64,000 nt of DNA from Camelus dromedarius (taxonomy: Eukaryota): assembly GCF_036321535.1 (NCBI RefSeq), contig NC_087437.1, positions 11,906,001 through 11,970,000 of the forward strand. Direction: 5' to 3'. Position 1 is the stretch's first letter, and every line of letters starts with the position of its first letter. The position numbers and the translations under genes were made by a program. Below the pieces are notes generated by a model. That model did not search any database and had not been told where the DNA came from. It saw only the letters and a program-made list of their open reading frames with translations. Positions 1 through 13,623 of the stretch are shown in pieces.

Positions 1-789
1 AATATAAACTAATCTCTAGTGACAGAAAACAAATCAGTGATTGTCTGGCTACAGGGAAGGCCTCCCATGCAGTGTCTCTTCTCTCTTCTGGGTCTGCACT
101 AATGGCATAACGCAACCACTGCCACTTCTGTTGCTGCTGTTAATATCACCAGTCTGGGCCCAGCTGACCTTGGGCCCCTGCAACACCCCAAACCGCCCCA
201 AGCACACAGCTGTGTGTGCACCATAGACATGGGCCTGAGTGCACCCTTGTGTGGCCAGACCACAGATGATGCTTCTGCTACTGTTGGGTGTCTCTCTTCT
301 GCTCACCTGCATGCTTCATTGTCCCATCTGACTTCACCTACACAACACAAGTGCAAAAAAAATAGAGTACTTCAAGATGGTGATAGGAGAGCATTAAACC
401 GAGTGTGCTGCCCTTCTCTGTTACAGGAGGTGTATGCCCACGAGGCCATCCTGGATGTTGTGATGTGAGGAAAATAGATTCATCGTGCACTCTTGTGGAA
501 GAATCAATTAGTGCGCCCATCCTGGAGAGGACCTGGTGTTACTTAGTCAGACGGAGATGTTCAACAACCCAGTAATTCCACCTTGCGAATATAACCAGGA
601 AACGTCTTCTCCAGGCCCACAAAAGGACATGTATGAGGATGCTTATTGGAGCACTGAACGTATATCAGTGAACAGGAAGGGAGGCATTAACCCCCAAGGA
701 ATGAGTGAATGAGTGACTGAATGACAGCAAGCTATCATCTGTAGCATGAGAGATGCTGTGGAGCAATTAGAAGCAATGAACCAGCTCAG

Positions 790-922
790 TTGTTCTCACC
801 TTGGCTACTCACCTGAGCACCTTATAAAGATTCCTGATGCCCTGTACTTGAATTAATTAGCCTTGGGTGGGGACTGTTACCATGTAAATACTCTCCAGGT
901 GATTTCAGGGTTGAAAATCATT
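790..922. mobile_element. MER5-like hAT-Charlie DNA transposon relic
   Basis: cagttgttctca... start, ...ctccaggtgatttc...ggttgaaaatcattg end resemble MER5 termini; recognised by eye. Confidence 0.5.
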
Positions 923-1054
923 GAGTAAGATGGGCATACAGTAATACACATACGTATGTTAGAAATGAAAATACATCTTATATATTTTACATTCTTAAAA
1001 AATATATAACAAACAGGGTATATATAAATCAAGAACACATATATAGACAGAGAG

Positions 1055-1300
1055 CTGGGAGACCAGAAGAGGGCGTTCTCATGCCTTGTGACAAGAGCAG
1101 AGCCCAGCAGGAAGAGGAAAGACTCCTCTTTTCCTGGCAAGGACTCAACCAATGAAGCACCACGGCTTTGTTTACTACAGCCCCTCCAGCTTCCTTTTCC
1201 TCTCTATAAAAGCTTTCTCCTTCCCTTGCCCTCAGAACTTGCAGTTGGCTCACTATAGTTGCAGACCCTAATCAACATATGTTTATTTTGGGTCAATACA
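1055..1300 (+). mobile_element. ERV1-class LTR fragment (MER34-like)
   Basis: ccaat box (1149), ctataaaa TATA (1204), 3' end tttattttgggtcaataca typical of an LTR U5 end. Confidence 0.55.
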
Positions 1301-1889
1301 TGAAAGATCTCAAGGCCTTGTGGCTGAGCTGTGTGTGACCCCCAAGGCAGGGGGCACTAGACCTTTCTCTTAACCACTATGATTTACTGCTTCTCCTAAC
1401 AGAAATGGGGGGAAAAGAGAAAGTGAGAGGACAGAGATACAGAAAGCCAGAGATGAACACTGACAGAGAAAACAGGTAAGAGAGAGATGGAGACACCCTG
1501 AGGCTGAGGGTCCATGCAATAGCTGTGTTTAGAGGTTATTGATCCTAGCATAACCAAATTGACCCTAGCCATAGACGGTCATTAAAAACAGAGCATTTCT
1601 TAATCCTTGCCTTTTATTTATTATTAAGGACAGAAATCTTGGACAAACTTAGGTTCAGATGTTAGCAACTCAAAGGTGAAAGTTGAAAAATAAGTGTTCA
1701 AGTGAAAAAAGGAAAATTATGAGAAAATGGCAATAATATGGCATAAAATTATGGGTAAGAAGACTGAAAATCAATGAAAGATGTAAAAGACAGAAAGTGG
1801 AGAGACGTCTTGGATGAGGATATGGCAGAGATGACATGCTCTTCCCAGAGCCTCATATAAATAAATGCTGATATCAGTGTATTTTATTA

Positions 1890-2935
1890 CCAGTGATGTG
1901 ACCCTGCATCCCTGGGATTCAAGCAGTATCTGCTGGGTTTCTGCACCCTAAAGTTACTATCTTTCCCTTTGTCATTCATAACTATCCTGTGGGAGAGACA
2001 CTGAGATGACAGAAATGTCCTGTTCCTACTCAAATGTGTATACACTTGTTTTAGCATTCATCAGTGGATCTTACCTGTTCTATGATTTTCTGTTTTCCAC
2101 ATTCCTTCTAAATGTTTTGATTAGAATCTTTCTGTAAAGAAGAGCTGTTCTGTCTATTTATTTGCTAGCTTAGTTACTTACATCAGTCAGTATGGCCTCA
2201 CAGATATTTATTTTATATGTTATATTCCAATATATTCATTATTTTTTTGTTGTTCACATTGTTCCAGCTTGTGCCTTTGGGGTTGCTTCCCAGCTGTTCC
2301 CGTGCCCTTTCTACATGTCTTACCTTTTGTGGGCACTTTCTTAATTTCCGACACCACAAGACGTACCAGGCTTACCTAGTGCATTCTGAGCCCGATACCT
2401 GGAATCAACTACATCCTGAGGTGTCTTAGAAAGTTTAATTTAGAAATTAAGATGTGGGGATGAGATATGTTCATTACTCCTGAGGTGTAGCTGCTTCTAG
2501 ATTCTCATAGTGGATAGAATTGGAATACGTGTGTGTGTGTGTGTGTGTGTGTGCTAATCCCTGAATACACACACCTTTATCAATTTCAGGACGTATTTGC
2601 ATATATAACTGCAATAACAAACAAACTCATATCGATACTACCTATTCCAATCCAACAGCATTGGGTTCATTTTAGGTTTGCCCCATTCCTAATTTTAACT
2701 TTATTCTCTAACTGTGAGAAACCTACAGTATATAGTTATTTGTTCAACTCTGGTATATTTATAAAGTAGTTTCAACCCTTGTTTCAACCCTTGTCAGAAA
2801 GCAGAAAAAAAATTCTACCTCAGATACACTAAGTGTGTAGAGTTCTTTTTGTATTTTACCTTATACCATCTAGTCTAGCTTCTTGGAAAATGACTCAAGA
2901 CTCATCTAGGTTGTTTCATAGATCAATAATTTATT
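1890..2935 (-). mobile_element. Old L1 (L1MC/L1MD-like) 3' UTR segment
   Basis: Colinear similarity with the L1 at 41529-42971 (e.g. tagaaattaagatgtgggga vs tagaaaccaagatcttggtg); likely the 3' part of the L1 continuing at 4480-9760. Confidence 0.7.
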
Positions 2936-2939
2936 ACTG

Positions 2940-4478
2940 ATCTCAACAGGTGACCTTGATCTCTTCCATTGGCTAGAAAACCAATTTGAATCTTTTGTAA
3001 CTGGTGGGCACCTGATTTATGGCTGAAATTTTGGAACAGGAGCTATAGGGGTCTCTGTGTACATCTGTTTATGTTCATGTGTGCCAATGTATGTGTTGTA
3101 AATTTGTCATATTTCCTTCTTCTGGATGGTACTACCAAAATTAATTTGTACAAAGGGGTATGTTTAATCGGATTAAAGAAAACTAAGTGCTTATATAAAT
3201 TCTCAGAAATTTAGTAGAAACTAACCCAAATAAATTTCAGGTTCACATGGTTTGGGAAAATATTCTGTATTAAACGTGGTTTAATTTATTGGTTTAACTA
3301 ATACAGACAAGCCTTTAGAGTAATCAGCATTAAGTATAATATTTTTATTGTATCTAGGTTCACTGAAAATTAAATAAGTTTATGTTATCTCTGTTGTAAA
3401 GTTTCTCAGCAAGAAAAAATTACTTGATATGAAGACATTTTCATGAGTAAATTAAATAAATGTAAATGCGATAAGAGACTTTAGGTAAACTTTTAAAGAA
3501 TAATTATGTTTTATGGTATGGATGCTTAAAAATAGTTTCCAAATCTTAAAGGTAAGTTGAAACTTTAGAGTTTTGCTAACTTAGGTTAAATTAAGGGAAT
3601 TCGTTGAATGTCTAGATCATTTCCAAGTAAGATAAAATACTGAAACATTAATTACTAAGCAAGTCTAAATTTTGCTACTTTTGTCTTCTTATTACAAAAA
3701 AATCTAAAGATATTTGGGTCTGTTAGAAACATGTCTTATACCACATGGGAAAAATTTAGGTTATGAGGAAATACGTATTTCTAGAAATTATAACTGTATT
3801 CTTAAGTTTGTCTATCCAAAAATACTGGCATAAAAACAGTTCACAACTGCTTCCTGGCTTTCACTAGAAATTAAGGTTTCTAAGGATAAAGAATTCTAAT
3901 TGACAATTTTTCAGTTATTCATGGACATATACACACTCATTGTCACATTTTTTTCTCTGTGAGTTATCATAACATTTTGTGTATATTTCCCTGTGCTATA
4001 CAGTGTAGTCTATTCTACAATTTTGAAATCCCAGTCTATCCCTTCCCACCCTCCACCCCCTTGGTAACCACAAGTCTGTATTCTCTGTCTGTGAGTCTAT
4101 TTCTGTCCTTTATTTACGCTTTGTTTTTGTTTGTTTGTTTGTTTGTTTTTGTTTTTGTTTTTTAGATTCCACATATGAGAGATCTCATATGGTATTTTTC
4201 TTTCTCTGAACACTGGAATTTGACACAACATTGTAAAATGATTATAAATCAATAAAAAATATTAAAAAAAGAATTCTAATTGACATATGTAACTAAAACC
4301 ACTAAAATTATTTCATAAGTTTAATAAGAATTTATTCTCTTTGTAACAGAACACAGTTGGAAACACGAGTTGTATTACTAAGTCTTTGACTAGAATGTCA
4401 TACTGGAGAATGTACCCCAAGTCAAATATGATCAATCAGTTTTAAGAAACTAAGGTTGACTTTATGAGACAATATTTG
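2940..4478. mobile_element. ERV1 internal-sequence fragment (AT-rich, non-coding)
   Basis: Motifs such as ggctagaaaaccaatttgaa, gaaactaacccaaat, gaactaaggttgactttatg resemble MER4/MER34-group internal sequence; interrupts the L1. Confidence 0.55.
3888..4285 (+). mobile_element. Young 5'-inverted (twin-primed) L1 3' end with perfect 18-bp TSD
   Basis: aaagaattctaattgaca at 3888-3905 and 4268-4285; 3906-4207 is antisense L1 3'UTR, 4208-4270 is sense terminus with aataaa and A-tail. Confidence 0.85.
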
Positions 4479-4479
4479 T

Positions 4480-7400
4480 GTCTATCTGTTTCTGGGCTTC
4501 CTGTTCTAGTGATCTTGTATCTATCTCCCTGCCAATACCACACTGTCTTAATTAATAGTAAATCTTGCAATCAGGTAGTGTGAGTCCTCCAAACTTATTT
4601 TTCTTTTTCAGAATTGTTTTGACTATTCTAGTTCTTTTGCCACCTTTCCACACAAATTTTAGAGTTGGCTTTTCAATATCTACAAAAACCTGCTAAGTTT
4701 AGGTTAGGATTCTATTTAATCTATAGATCACTTTGGGTGGAGTTGACGTTTTTATACTATTGAGTCTTCAAATCCACAAATATCTCTCTATGTGTTTTTG
4801 TCTTCCTTATTTTGTAAGGTTTTTTTTTGTCATTTTCAGCACACTGATCATGCATAATTTTTTAAGATTTATCACTTTCGGTTGATAATTTATCACTTTT
4901 GGTTGCTAATGTATTTTTTTCAATTATTTCTAATTTCATTGTTAATTGCCACAATAATAGCAAATTAACAAAAGTACAATTGATTTTTATTATTGACTTT
5001 TGTATACGGCATCTGTATCAAACTTAATTATTAATTCTAGTTTTGTAACTTTGTTGGAATTTTCTATGTTGCCAATCATGTTGCCTCTAAACAGACATTT
5101 TTGCTATTTCTTTTCCTGTTATTATGCCTTTTAGTTTTCTTTTTCTTGTCTTACTGTACTGGCTAGGTGTTCCAGCTAGATGTCGAATAAAGTTCTGAGA
5201 GAGAATATCCACGTGTTCTGAACCGTCTTAGGGAGAAAATATTCACCTTTTAACTAAATGATGTTAGCTACAGGTTTTGTGTAGATAACTTTTGTCAGAT
5301 TAAGAATGGTCCCTTCTACTGCAAGTTTGCTGAAAGTTTTTATCCTGAATTAATGTTGAAACTTACCAAATGCTGTTTCTACACCAACTGAGATAATCAT
5401 TTGTATTTTTTTCTTTAGTCTGTTAACATGGTGAATTACTTTGATTTTTGAATGAGGAAGTAGCCTTGCATTCTTGGGATAAACTCACTTGTTAAATATA
5501 TGTGTCCTTTTATATGTCCTTTATATATGTTTTATATGAGTTTGATCAGCTAATATTTTATAGGAGATATTTCTATCTTTGTTCATGAAGAATGTTGTTT
5601 CTTTTCTTAGTTTTCACTTCTTATGATGGCTTTATCTAGTTTTAGCATTAGGGTAATGCTAACCTCGTAAGGTGAGTTTGAAAGTGTTGCCTCCCCTACC
5701 ATTTTCTAGAAGAGGTTTTGTAGAATTAGTATATTATTTTTCTTAAAGTTTTGGTAGAACTCATCTGGGACAAAGATTTTCTTTGTTGGAAAGTTAAACA
5801 CTATAAATTTAATATTTTTATGGATATGGACTATTCCAGTTACCTACTTATTTCTTTAGCAAGTATTGACATTTTGTTTCTTTCAAGGGGTTGGTTCATT
5901 TCATCTAAGTTTTTTACTTTATGGGCATAGAATTGTTTACAGTAGTTCCTTATCACTCTTTTAATAACACTGTGGGATCTGTATAATAGTCTTTTCATCT
6001 CTCATTTTTGACATTAGTAATTTTGTTTCTTCTCTCAATTTCTCAGTTAGTCTGGCTAGAGGTTTATTAATTGTATTGATTTTTTTTAAAAAAGAAACAG
6101 CTTTTAGTTTCATTGATCTTCTCTATTGCTTTTCTACCTCCCAATTTCACTGATTTCTACTTTCATTATTTCTGTTTTCTTGCCTTGGGTTTAATTTAAT
6201 CTTTATTTCCTAGTCTTTTGAAGAGGAAGATTACTTATGTGTGACTTTTATTTTTTAATATATTTATGCTATAAATTTCTCTCTAAGCACTACTTTAGTT
6301 TTATCCAGTAAACTTTGATATGTTTAATATTTCTTTTCTGTGAATTAAAAATGTTTACAATTTTCATAAAATACCATCTTTGACTTAAGGGTTATGAAGA
6401 AATGTCTTTGTTCAATTTTTACAAATATTTAGGGATTTTCCAGATATCTTTCTGTTACTGATTCATAATATAATTGCATATTGTCCAAGAACTTAATTTT
6501 CTATTTCTATTCTTTTAACTTTTTTAATAACACATTGTTTATAACATAGAATATGGTCTATCTTGATGATTGTTTCATGCATACTTGAAAATAATGTACA
6601 TTCTTCTTTTGCTGGTTATAGTGTTCTATAAATATCAATTAAATCAAATTGATTTTCTAGACTTATTCAGCTTTTCTGTATCTTACTGATTTTCTGTCTA
6701 TTTGTTCATCAATTACTAAAAGAAGTGTCACAGCTTCTAATTATTATTGTGAGTTTGTGTATTTTTACTTTCAAATACAGAAGTTTTTGCTTCATGAATT
6801 TTGAAATTCTGTTGTTATGTGCATGCACTAGGATGGAATTATATTTCATGGAAAACTGACCTTCTTATCATCTCTGTAATGTTTGTACTGGATAATCTTC
6901 CTTGTTTTGGAGTACCCTTTGTCTGATATTAATATAGCCACTTTAGCTTTCATTTGATTAATACTCACATGATTTATCTTTCCCCCTCATTTTACTTTTA
7001 ACCTATCTGTATTTTTATGTTTAAAGTGGATTTCTTGTAGATGGCAGGCAGTTTAAACTTTCCTTTTTACCCAGTCTCACAATCTCTTACTTAATTTATA
7101 TGTCTAAACCAGTCGTATTTTACATAATCACTGACATGATTGGTTTAAAATATATCTTCTTGATATCTGTTATCAATTTATTCCATCTGCTTTTTTCTTT
7201 CCCTTTTTTTTTGTCTTATTTGGGTTAGTTGAACATTTATTATTATTCTATTTTATACCAAATCTTGACTTATAATTTATTCCTCTTGTTAAAATTTTTA
7301 CTGGTTGCTGTAGGGTTTACAAGATATAATTTTAATCAGAGTCTACCAACAAATATTACTATACTACTTAATGTTCAGTTCAGTTAAGGACTTTAAGAAA

Positions 7401-9760
7401 CTTAAACAGTAGATTCCCACTTCCTGCCTCTCAAACTTTGAGTTTTTTATGTCACACATTTTAGGTTTATCTTTGCTATAAACACACTATACATTGCTAC
7501 CATTTTTTGTTCTAAGCAATGAGTCCTCTTTTAGAGCTATCAAAAAATAAGAAAAAATAGAATTTTATTTTACTTTCATTTATTCCTAGTCTTATTCATT
7601 TCTTTGTGTAGATCCAAGTTTCTATTTGATATCCTATTTCTTCTGACTAAAGAACTTCTTTTATCATTTCTCTTGGTGTAGGGTTGCTAGCAATGAATTC
7701 TTTCAGCATTAGTTTGAGAAAGTATTTCTCTTTCATTTTTTTCTACTTTATTAAAAATATACTGTCACTGGATATATGTCCTATATAAACATTTTTTTTA
7801 AAGAAGTAAACCATTTTTTCAGTACTCTAAAAATTTCACTCTATAATATTTTGGCTTGCATGGTTTCTGGCAAGAAAATGGCTCTAATTCTCACCTGTGT
7901 TCTATATGTGTTGTGTTTTCCCCCTCTATGGCTGTATCAAGATCTTCTCTTTATTGTTTGTCTTCAGAACTTTGACTAATATCCTTACATGTGATTTTCA
8001 AATATTTATTTTACTTGATATTCTCTGATCCTCTTTAATCTGTGGCTTAGCATCAATTATTTTAGAAACTTCTAAGCCATTATTTTGAACAATATTTCTT
8101 TTGATTCATTGTCTCTGTCTTTTCCTTATTGGACTATGGGACTGTTTGATATCATTCCATAGTTCTTGGATGCTCTGTCCTGTTTTTATCTTCACACTAT
8201 TTTTTTTTTTTTTTAGCTTCTGTTTGGATAATTTCTAATGACTTGTCTTCCACTTTACTGATTCTATCTTAGTCTATGTCAACTCTACTTATGAGTCCAT
8301 TGATGTCATTCTTCATCTCTATTATTGTGTTTTTCACTTCTAGTATTTCCATTTAGTTGTTTCTCACAGTTTTTGAGTCCATGCTGAAATTTACCAAGTG
8401 ATCATGAAGGCTTTACTCCTGTCCTATTAGATCCCTTAGCATGCTAATCAAAGTCAATCATAATTAATATCAGTCATATTATTTAACATACTAATCATAA
8501 CATTTAAATTACCACTAATTTCCAACATCAATGTCATATTTGTCTGATTGCTTTGTCTCTTGGCACTTTGTTGTTTTGTCTTGCCTTTTTGTATGTCTCA
8601 TGATTTTTTGTCAAAAATGAGACATCTCGTGTTGGACAACAGAGACTGAGTTAAGTAGCTTTTATGGCTGCAAAAAGACATGATGCCTTTCCTTCTGCTA
8701 GGCCTCTTTTACCCCTTACTAATCCTTTAATGTGCAGGTTTAAATTAATCCAGCCAAGAGTTGAAATGTATTTCAGGTTTGTTGTTACTATGGTTACCCT
8801 CAGTGCTCTGCAGGCTTTAAATTCCTCTGATGATAATTTATGTTTCAGGTGGGGGCTGGCTTGCCAGGAGGCTTTACTTAATATCTGCTTCATCCTCAGC
8901 TTTAGGTCTTTCCTTTGCACTGTACCTCAGATACTGTCTGTTTCTATACTCTTTCAGTTACTCTAGACATATTCTATTGCTACTTTTTCAATTTATGCTT
9001 ATTAGCCTGTGGTTCTGATTCGGTCTCAGTCATAGACAGGTACTGTGTCTGTTGGTCTCAGGTATAACCTTCCCAGATACTCCTCTCCATCCCTGAAGTG
9101 TACTTCTATCTTAGACCAACACATTCCTGATCTTTCGCCAGGATAGAGGTTTTTGGTTTTCATTCTTTCTCTCTCTCTCTCTCTCTCTCTCAGGCTGCAA
9201 TAGGTTTGCACCATTGCATTTAGGGTGAGGGTGCTGACTGTCCTTCACTACAGAGATTATAATTTTTTTACCCATAAGAGAGACAAGGGAGAAGGTTGGA
9301 TATGAGCTTCTTATACAGTGACTGCCATTTGCCTCTCCTAGGCCTGCACTGTGAGGAACACTTTCTTGGAAATTTTACTGGTCATTTTTGTGAGAGCATG
9401 ATGGAGTCTGCAGAGGAAGGGTTGAAAATGTTAGAAACTGTGTATCTTCATCTTCTGAGACTCCACAATCTCTCACCAGCCCCTGCTCAAACTCCACCAA
9501 TTTATTAACATTCTAGCTGAATTATTCTTACCAGTGTCCAGCTGCATCTGCTCCAGGTAAGCAAGTTCTCAGGTTCCATTTCTTCCTACATGCATTTATC
9601 TCATTAGATTTTAGCTGATTGGTTTCTGGCAACATCAGTTTTCTGACGTGTTGAAGAAGTCATAAACTTTCAGTTTGTCTGGCTTTTTAAAGTTATTGTG
9701 TTTGTAAGATTGGATATATGGGTTTCCCCAGATTTCTATATCCTAAGTGGAAACTGGAAG
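4480..9760 (-). mobile_element. Degenerate near full-length L1 body (ORF2, ORF1, 5'UTR)
   Basis: T-rich antisense L1 ORF2 motifs (ccaataccacactgtc, gtagccttgcattcttgggataaactcactt, gaatatggtctatcttg); ends at gaaactggaagt, the reverse complement of an old L1 5' start; no open ORFs. Confidence 0.85.
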
Positions 9761-9899
9761 TTTCTTGATTCTTTCAAGGTAAGTTCTAAAATTAGATTCA
9801 GACTGGGAAAATACATTTTCGACTATTGGAGAATTAGGTTCTACACAACTAGAACCTAGTGTTACTAGTATTAAAAAAAAAGATAAGATTTTTCCACAG

Positions 9900-9972
9900 T
9901 CAAGTGTTCTTCTTTTGTCCTTCAAATATAAAAGGTTATGAGACGTATTCCACTGCACCGTGACAAGACAAG
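9900..9972 (+). pseudogene. Pseudo-exon
   Basis: ttttccacag acceptor, AAG|gtaaga donor; frame QVFFFCPSNIKGYETYSTAP*QDK. Confidence 0.45.
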
Positions 9973-10285
9973 GTAAGACTAGTCAACAATTTTGCTTAGC
10001 ACAAGAAAGCAGAGAAGTCCTTATCTGAAATGATGTCAAATGAATTTCCCTTCCAGCCAGTGTTATTTGCATTCTCCTTGGATGAGCCAATCACATTAAA
10101 ATTATTATTGGGTAATGTAAAATTTTATGTTGATATCATAGGGAAGAAAGAGAGGATTTTCATTGCACATCACAATTATATTTACATTATATTGCTCAGC
10201 ATGTAATCCCATTAGACAACTTTCTTTATGGCCCCTCTTATTTCCTGGATTTTCTTTATACAATGCTTAGGATCTTCCCTATTAG

Positions 10286-10644
10286 GTGGAACAAGTTTGC
10301 TCTGCTCCTATATGTATAAGCCCCAGTGACCATTGTGTTCAAGGATTAAAATGTCCCTTAGTTATAATTGTCTCCTCCCCACTTCTTAGAAGATATTTTA
10401 TTGATCAAATATTGTCTTCAGTATGCCTTTTGGATACTCCTTCAACCTTAAGTAATTTGATAAAGAATCTTTTTCAAATATACACAGTATTTTTCCTGAG
10501 AATAATTCTGGGTAATAATTTTATCCATATTACTACAGATATATGCCAAAAATAAGAATTCTGGAAGAAAGAAAATTGCCCTTTTATCATCCCGTGGGAT
10601 CTGGCTTACAAAAATGAAGCAGAGGAAATATCCCCTCTAACATG
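10286..10644 (+). pseudogene. Pseudo-exon (frameshifted)
   Basis: cttccctattag acceptor, ATG|gtatac donor; 89-codon open stretch ...PLLRRYFIDQILSSVCLLDTPSTLSNLIKNLF... Confidence 0.5.
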
Positions 10645-10790
10645 GTATACGTATACTGACAGCTTAAAAAAAATAAAACTTTTATATAATGCCCAGCTGC
10701 CTCCCGCCACCCGCATTCCATCTTCTCTCAACAATTTGGAGTATTAGCAGTCTTTATATGCTTCTGTATAAAGTCCTTTGTGTTCTTTAG

Positions 10791-11292
10791 ATGAAAAATG
10801 TTACAAATACACAAGGTAAAAATAGCATGGTAAAGGTAACAGTTGACATTCAAGGTTTAACAGCCTTTCCTTCCTCTAACATCTTGCAAAAGATACAACA
10901 CTGCATCACTGGCCTGATGACACACCCCAAAGCATTTGAATTTTTTAAAGAAGGTCTTAGGATAAAAGAAAATCATTCTGCATCATCACTTGGGATTGTG
11001 ATATTTAAAGGTCATCAGAAAAACATCTTCCTGACACATAACATCAATGGCAACCTCTTGGTATATGAGCTGATGATAATATGTTGTTGAAAGCTTTGTG
11101 TGACAAATGGAAATAAGAATGTTTGTCGTCAAATATTTTCTGCTGCTTGTACAAATAGAAAAGATAAGGTTCACAGTATTTATTTTTCTGTCTCCTAGTA
11201 TATGTGAACATCCCTGTCAGAGTTTTATCTTTATAGAGGCATCTCCAGTAGAGATATAATAACCTTGAGTGGAGTTTTGAACCACTAGAAAG
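10791..11292 (+). pseudogene. Large pseudo-exon (502 nt, phase 0 to 1)
   Basis: tttgtgttctttag acceptor, AAG|gtaaat donor; 99 open codons MKNVTNTQ...ELMIICC, then the same frame continues with 4 stops in total; phase fits the next exon. Confidence 0.6.
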
Positions 11293-11676
11293 GTAAATTT
11301 TAGTGTTTGTGACGAACATCAGAAATAATAATGAAATATATGCCTGGCAGTAGAGTGACAAAAATTTATTAAACAAAAAAAAAGTAGTTGCATGGGATCA
11401 TATAAAATTATGTCTTCCCATGGGTCTCTAGATATGTCATTGACTTTATAAAATCATCTGTTAGCAGTTTTGTTTTTATGAAATGATAAATGATAAAACA
11501 ATTATAGGTGATTTTACAATATGAATCTAAGAAGTCAGAAATATATGAAAGGAAAGGGGCAATTGCTACAGAAATTAGGATAAGTTGAAAGGTAAACAGT
11601 TTCAGTGCACCTTCCCCAAGCAAAATTTTTCATTTCATATATTCTCCTTTACATATAATATAGTTTATTTCTCCAG

Positions 11677-11786
11677 ATGAAATTGAATTGGAATGGAAGG
11701 TTGTGAGATTTCACATTCCACAAGGACCATCAGACAGGGCCAACTTACAATATAGTTTTGTCTCCGTGATGCAAAATTTCCAATAG
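11677..11786 (+). pseudogene. Pseudo-exon
   Basis: tttatttctccag acceptor, consensus TAG|gtaagt donor; (D)EIELEWKVVRFHIPQGPSDRANLQYSFVSVMQNFQ*. Confidence 0.6.
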
Positions 11787-11999
11787 GTAAGTCATTTAAC
11801 CTCTGCATATTGAAAACAATTTGCAATGTGAATCATTTAGGTTAGGTTTTGGTTGTTAGGGGCAGTACTAGTCTTGAAATCTTTGCAGTTAATGGAATAC
11901 AAAATATTGTTTAATATCTCATTATTCTATATTAGGTATCAAACTATCCTTAATATATTTTTTCTATTAGTCACTATTTTGTAAATAAAGTTTGTGAAA

Positions 12000-12460
12000 C
12001 TGACTGAAATAGTCTAGATTCTGTGTAACACACTAAAAAAGTTTAATTGAAGAAAGTTAAAGGAAGGAACTACTTGAAGGGATGTGAGCAGAGTTAAATA
12101 AATGCAGAATGACTGAGAACCTTGTGCTAAGCCATTGCCACCTCTAGGCTAGAAGGCACAACAATGAAGGAGGAGTATTGTAGGGACCTGGAGAGAGGTT
12201 GGAGCTGTGGAACAGGGACATCCCCTTCCATGAGGAACTGTAATCCCGGCACTCAGCCACAGCCAGAACCACCGTATGGAAGAGATGGGAAAAGGGGATG
12301 ATTACCGCAACTTGATTTCCCTGCTACTTTCCCTTGGTCAAACTCAACCAAAAACCAAAGAACTAGGGAACTTGAGTAATGTCATCCATAGAGATCAACC
12401 TCCACGGGGCAGAGGATGGTGGAAAATAGACATGAAGGAGGATGGCAATGGATATCTAGA
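12000..12460 (-). mobile_element. ERVL LTR33-like solo LTR
   Basis: ggtcaaactcaaccaaaaaccaaag...tccatagagatcaacctcc resembles the LTR33 reverse strand. Confidence 0.55.
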
Positions 12461-12950
12461 TTATCCAAATATGAATGAGATCTCCTATCTGTGTGTTCTT
12501 ATGACTGTATGTAGTCATTCTCTCCTTGTCAACTTGGTCTCTCTGGACTTTGACCTCCACATTTCCAGTCCTTGCTCTGTTACACTTAGCCACCACTCCC
12601 AGAGTCATATTCAAGGATTTATGATCATCAGTAATGCTCCCATTTCTTATTACAGTTTCATACATTCCAAAGTTTAACCACCCTCTCCTACATTTCCAAT
12701 CTGTTTATTCTAATATGCCCACTGCAAGAGTCCTCTGACTTCATAAAGACCCAGTAAGATCTCACATGACCTGCCTCCAATGTTCACTTTCCCCTTCACT
12801 TTGCTTTGTGCGTACTTGGTAAAATCCCAGCCTTTGCTGAACCCAAACTTCCCCATTTGTCACACCTAAACTGACTCACTGGAACACTGATAAAAAAAAT
12901 ATCCCAACCCACATGACTGGTTTCAGTTTATGGAAATGATTATACTCTTC
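12460..12950. mobile_element. L2 fragment
   Basis: gtaaaatcccagcctttgctgaacccaaact and tacacttagccaccactcc resemble degenerate L2 ORF2. Confidence 0.5.
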
Positions 12951-13440
12951 AGACACTCAAATAACAAAAAATAACAGAAGAAACCATCAATAATGTATAG
13001 AAAGAATCATACGTTTCTATATACTAAGACATCCAAGGGCGGGCAGCTGCAGGCTAGTTCTGGACTCAAAAATGTCAAGGTGCTCAGCTGATGTCATTTG
13101 GCCTTTCCAACAGTTTTAAGATGGCGGCAGCAGTTTCAAACACCACAGTCCACTTGACACAGATTCACAGACCAGCCACGGGAGGTTGTGTTGCAAAGAG
13201 CCCCTCTCCTCACATAACCCTTCTCTTATTAGAGAGCAAAATTCTTTCTCAGAAGATGCCCCCTTACAATACATTGTCCAGAACTGGGCTCATGTCCATC
13301 CCTAGATCAGGGGCTGGGTCCGCCTTCCCTGAAATCAAGTCCTTTCTGCCCAATTCCCGAACGTAAAGCACATGTTCTGTTAGTGAAGATGAAGTGTATG
13401 GGCATATGGCTTAGGTGGAGGAACATGTGAACAGGCAACA
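12950..13440. mobile_element. MaLR MLT1-family LTR
   Basis: aagatggcggcagcagtttcaaacaccaca and ttgtccagaactgggctcatgtccatccc are MLT1-like. Confidence 0.55.
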
Positions 13441-13623
13441 GCTTATGGTGTAAATATGCTGTTGTCCTTTCACGTGGGACACACACACATGCGCTCTCAC
13501 ATTCAGACCCACGGTGGTTGAATTTGGGTGCTGCATAATAGCTATAACCGGGAGTCAGAATGAGGGATCCTGGGGCATCGTGAATCCCAGTCATTTTTTA
13601 TCAGCACCAACTTTTTATTCTAG

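Noticed and set aside
10791..11786. 44-aa micropeptide from splicing 10791-10815 to 11677-11786
   Set aside because: Better explained as parts of two larger pseudo-exons; no promoter or expression evidence.
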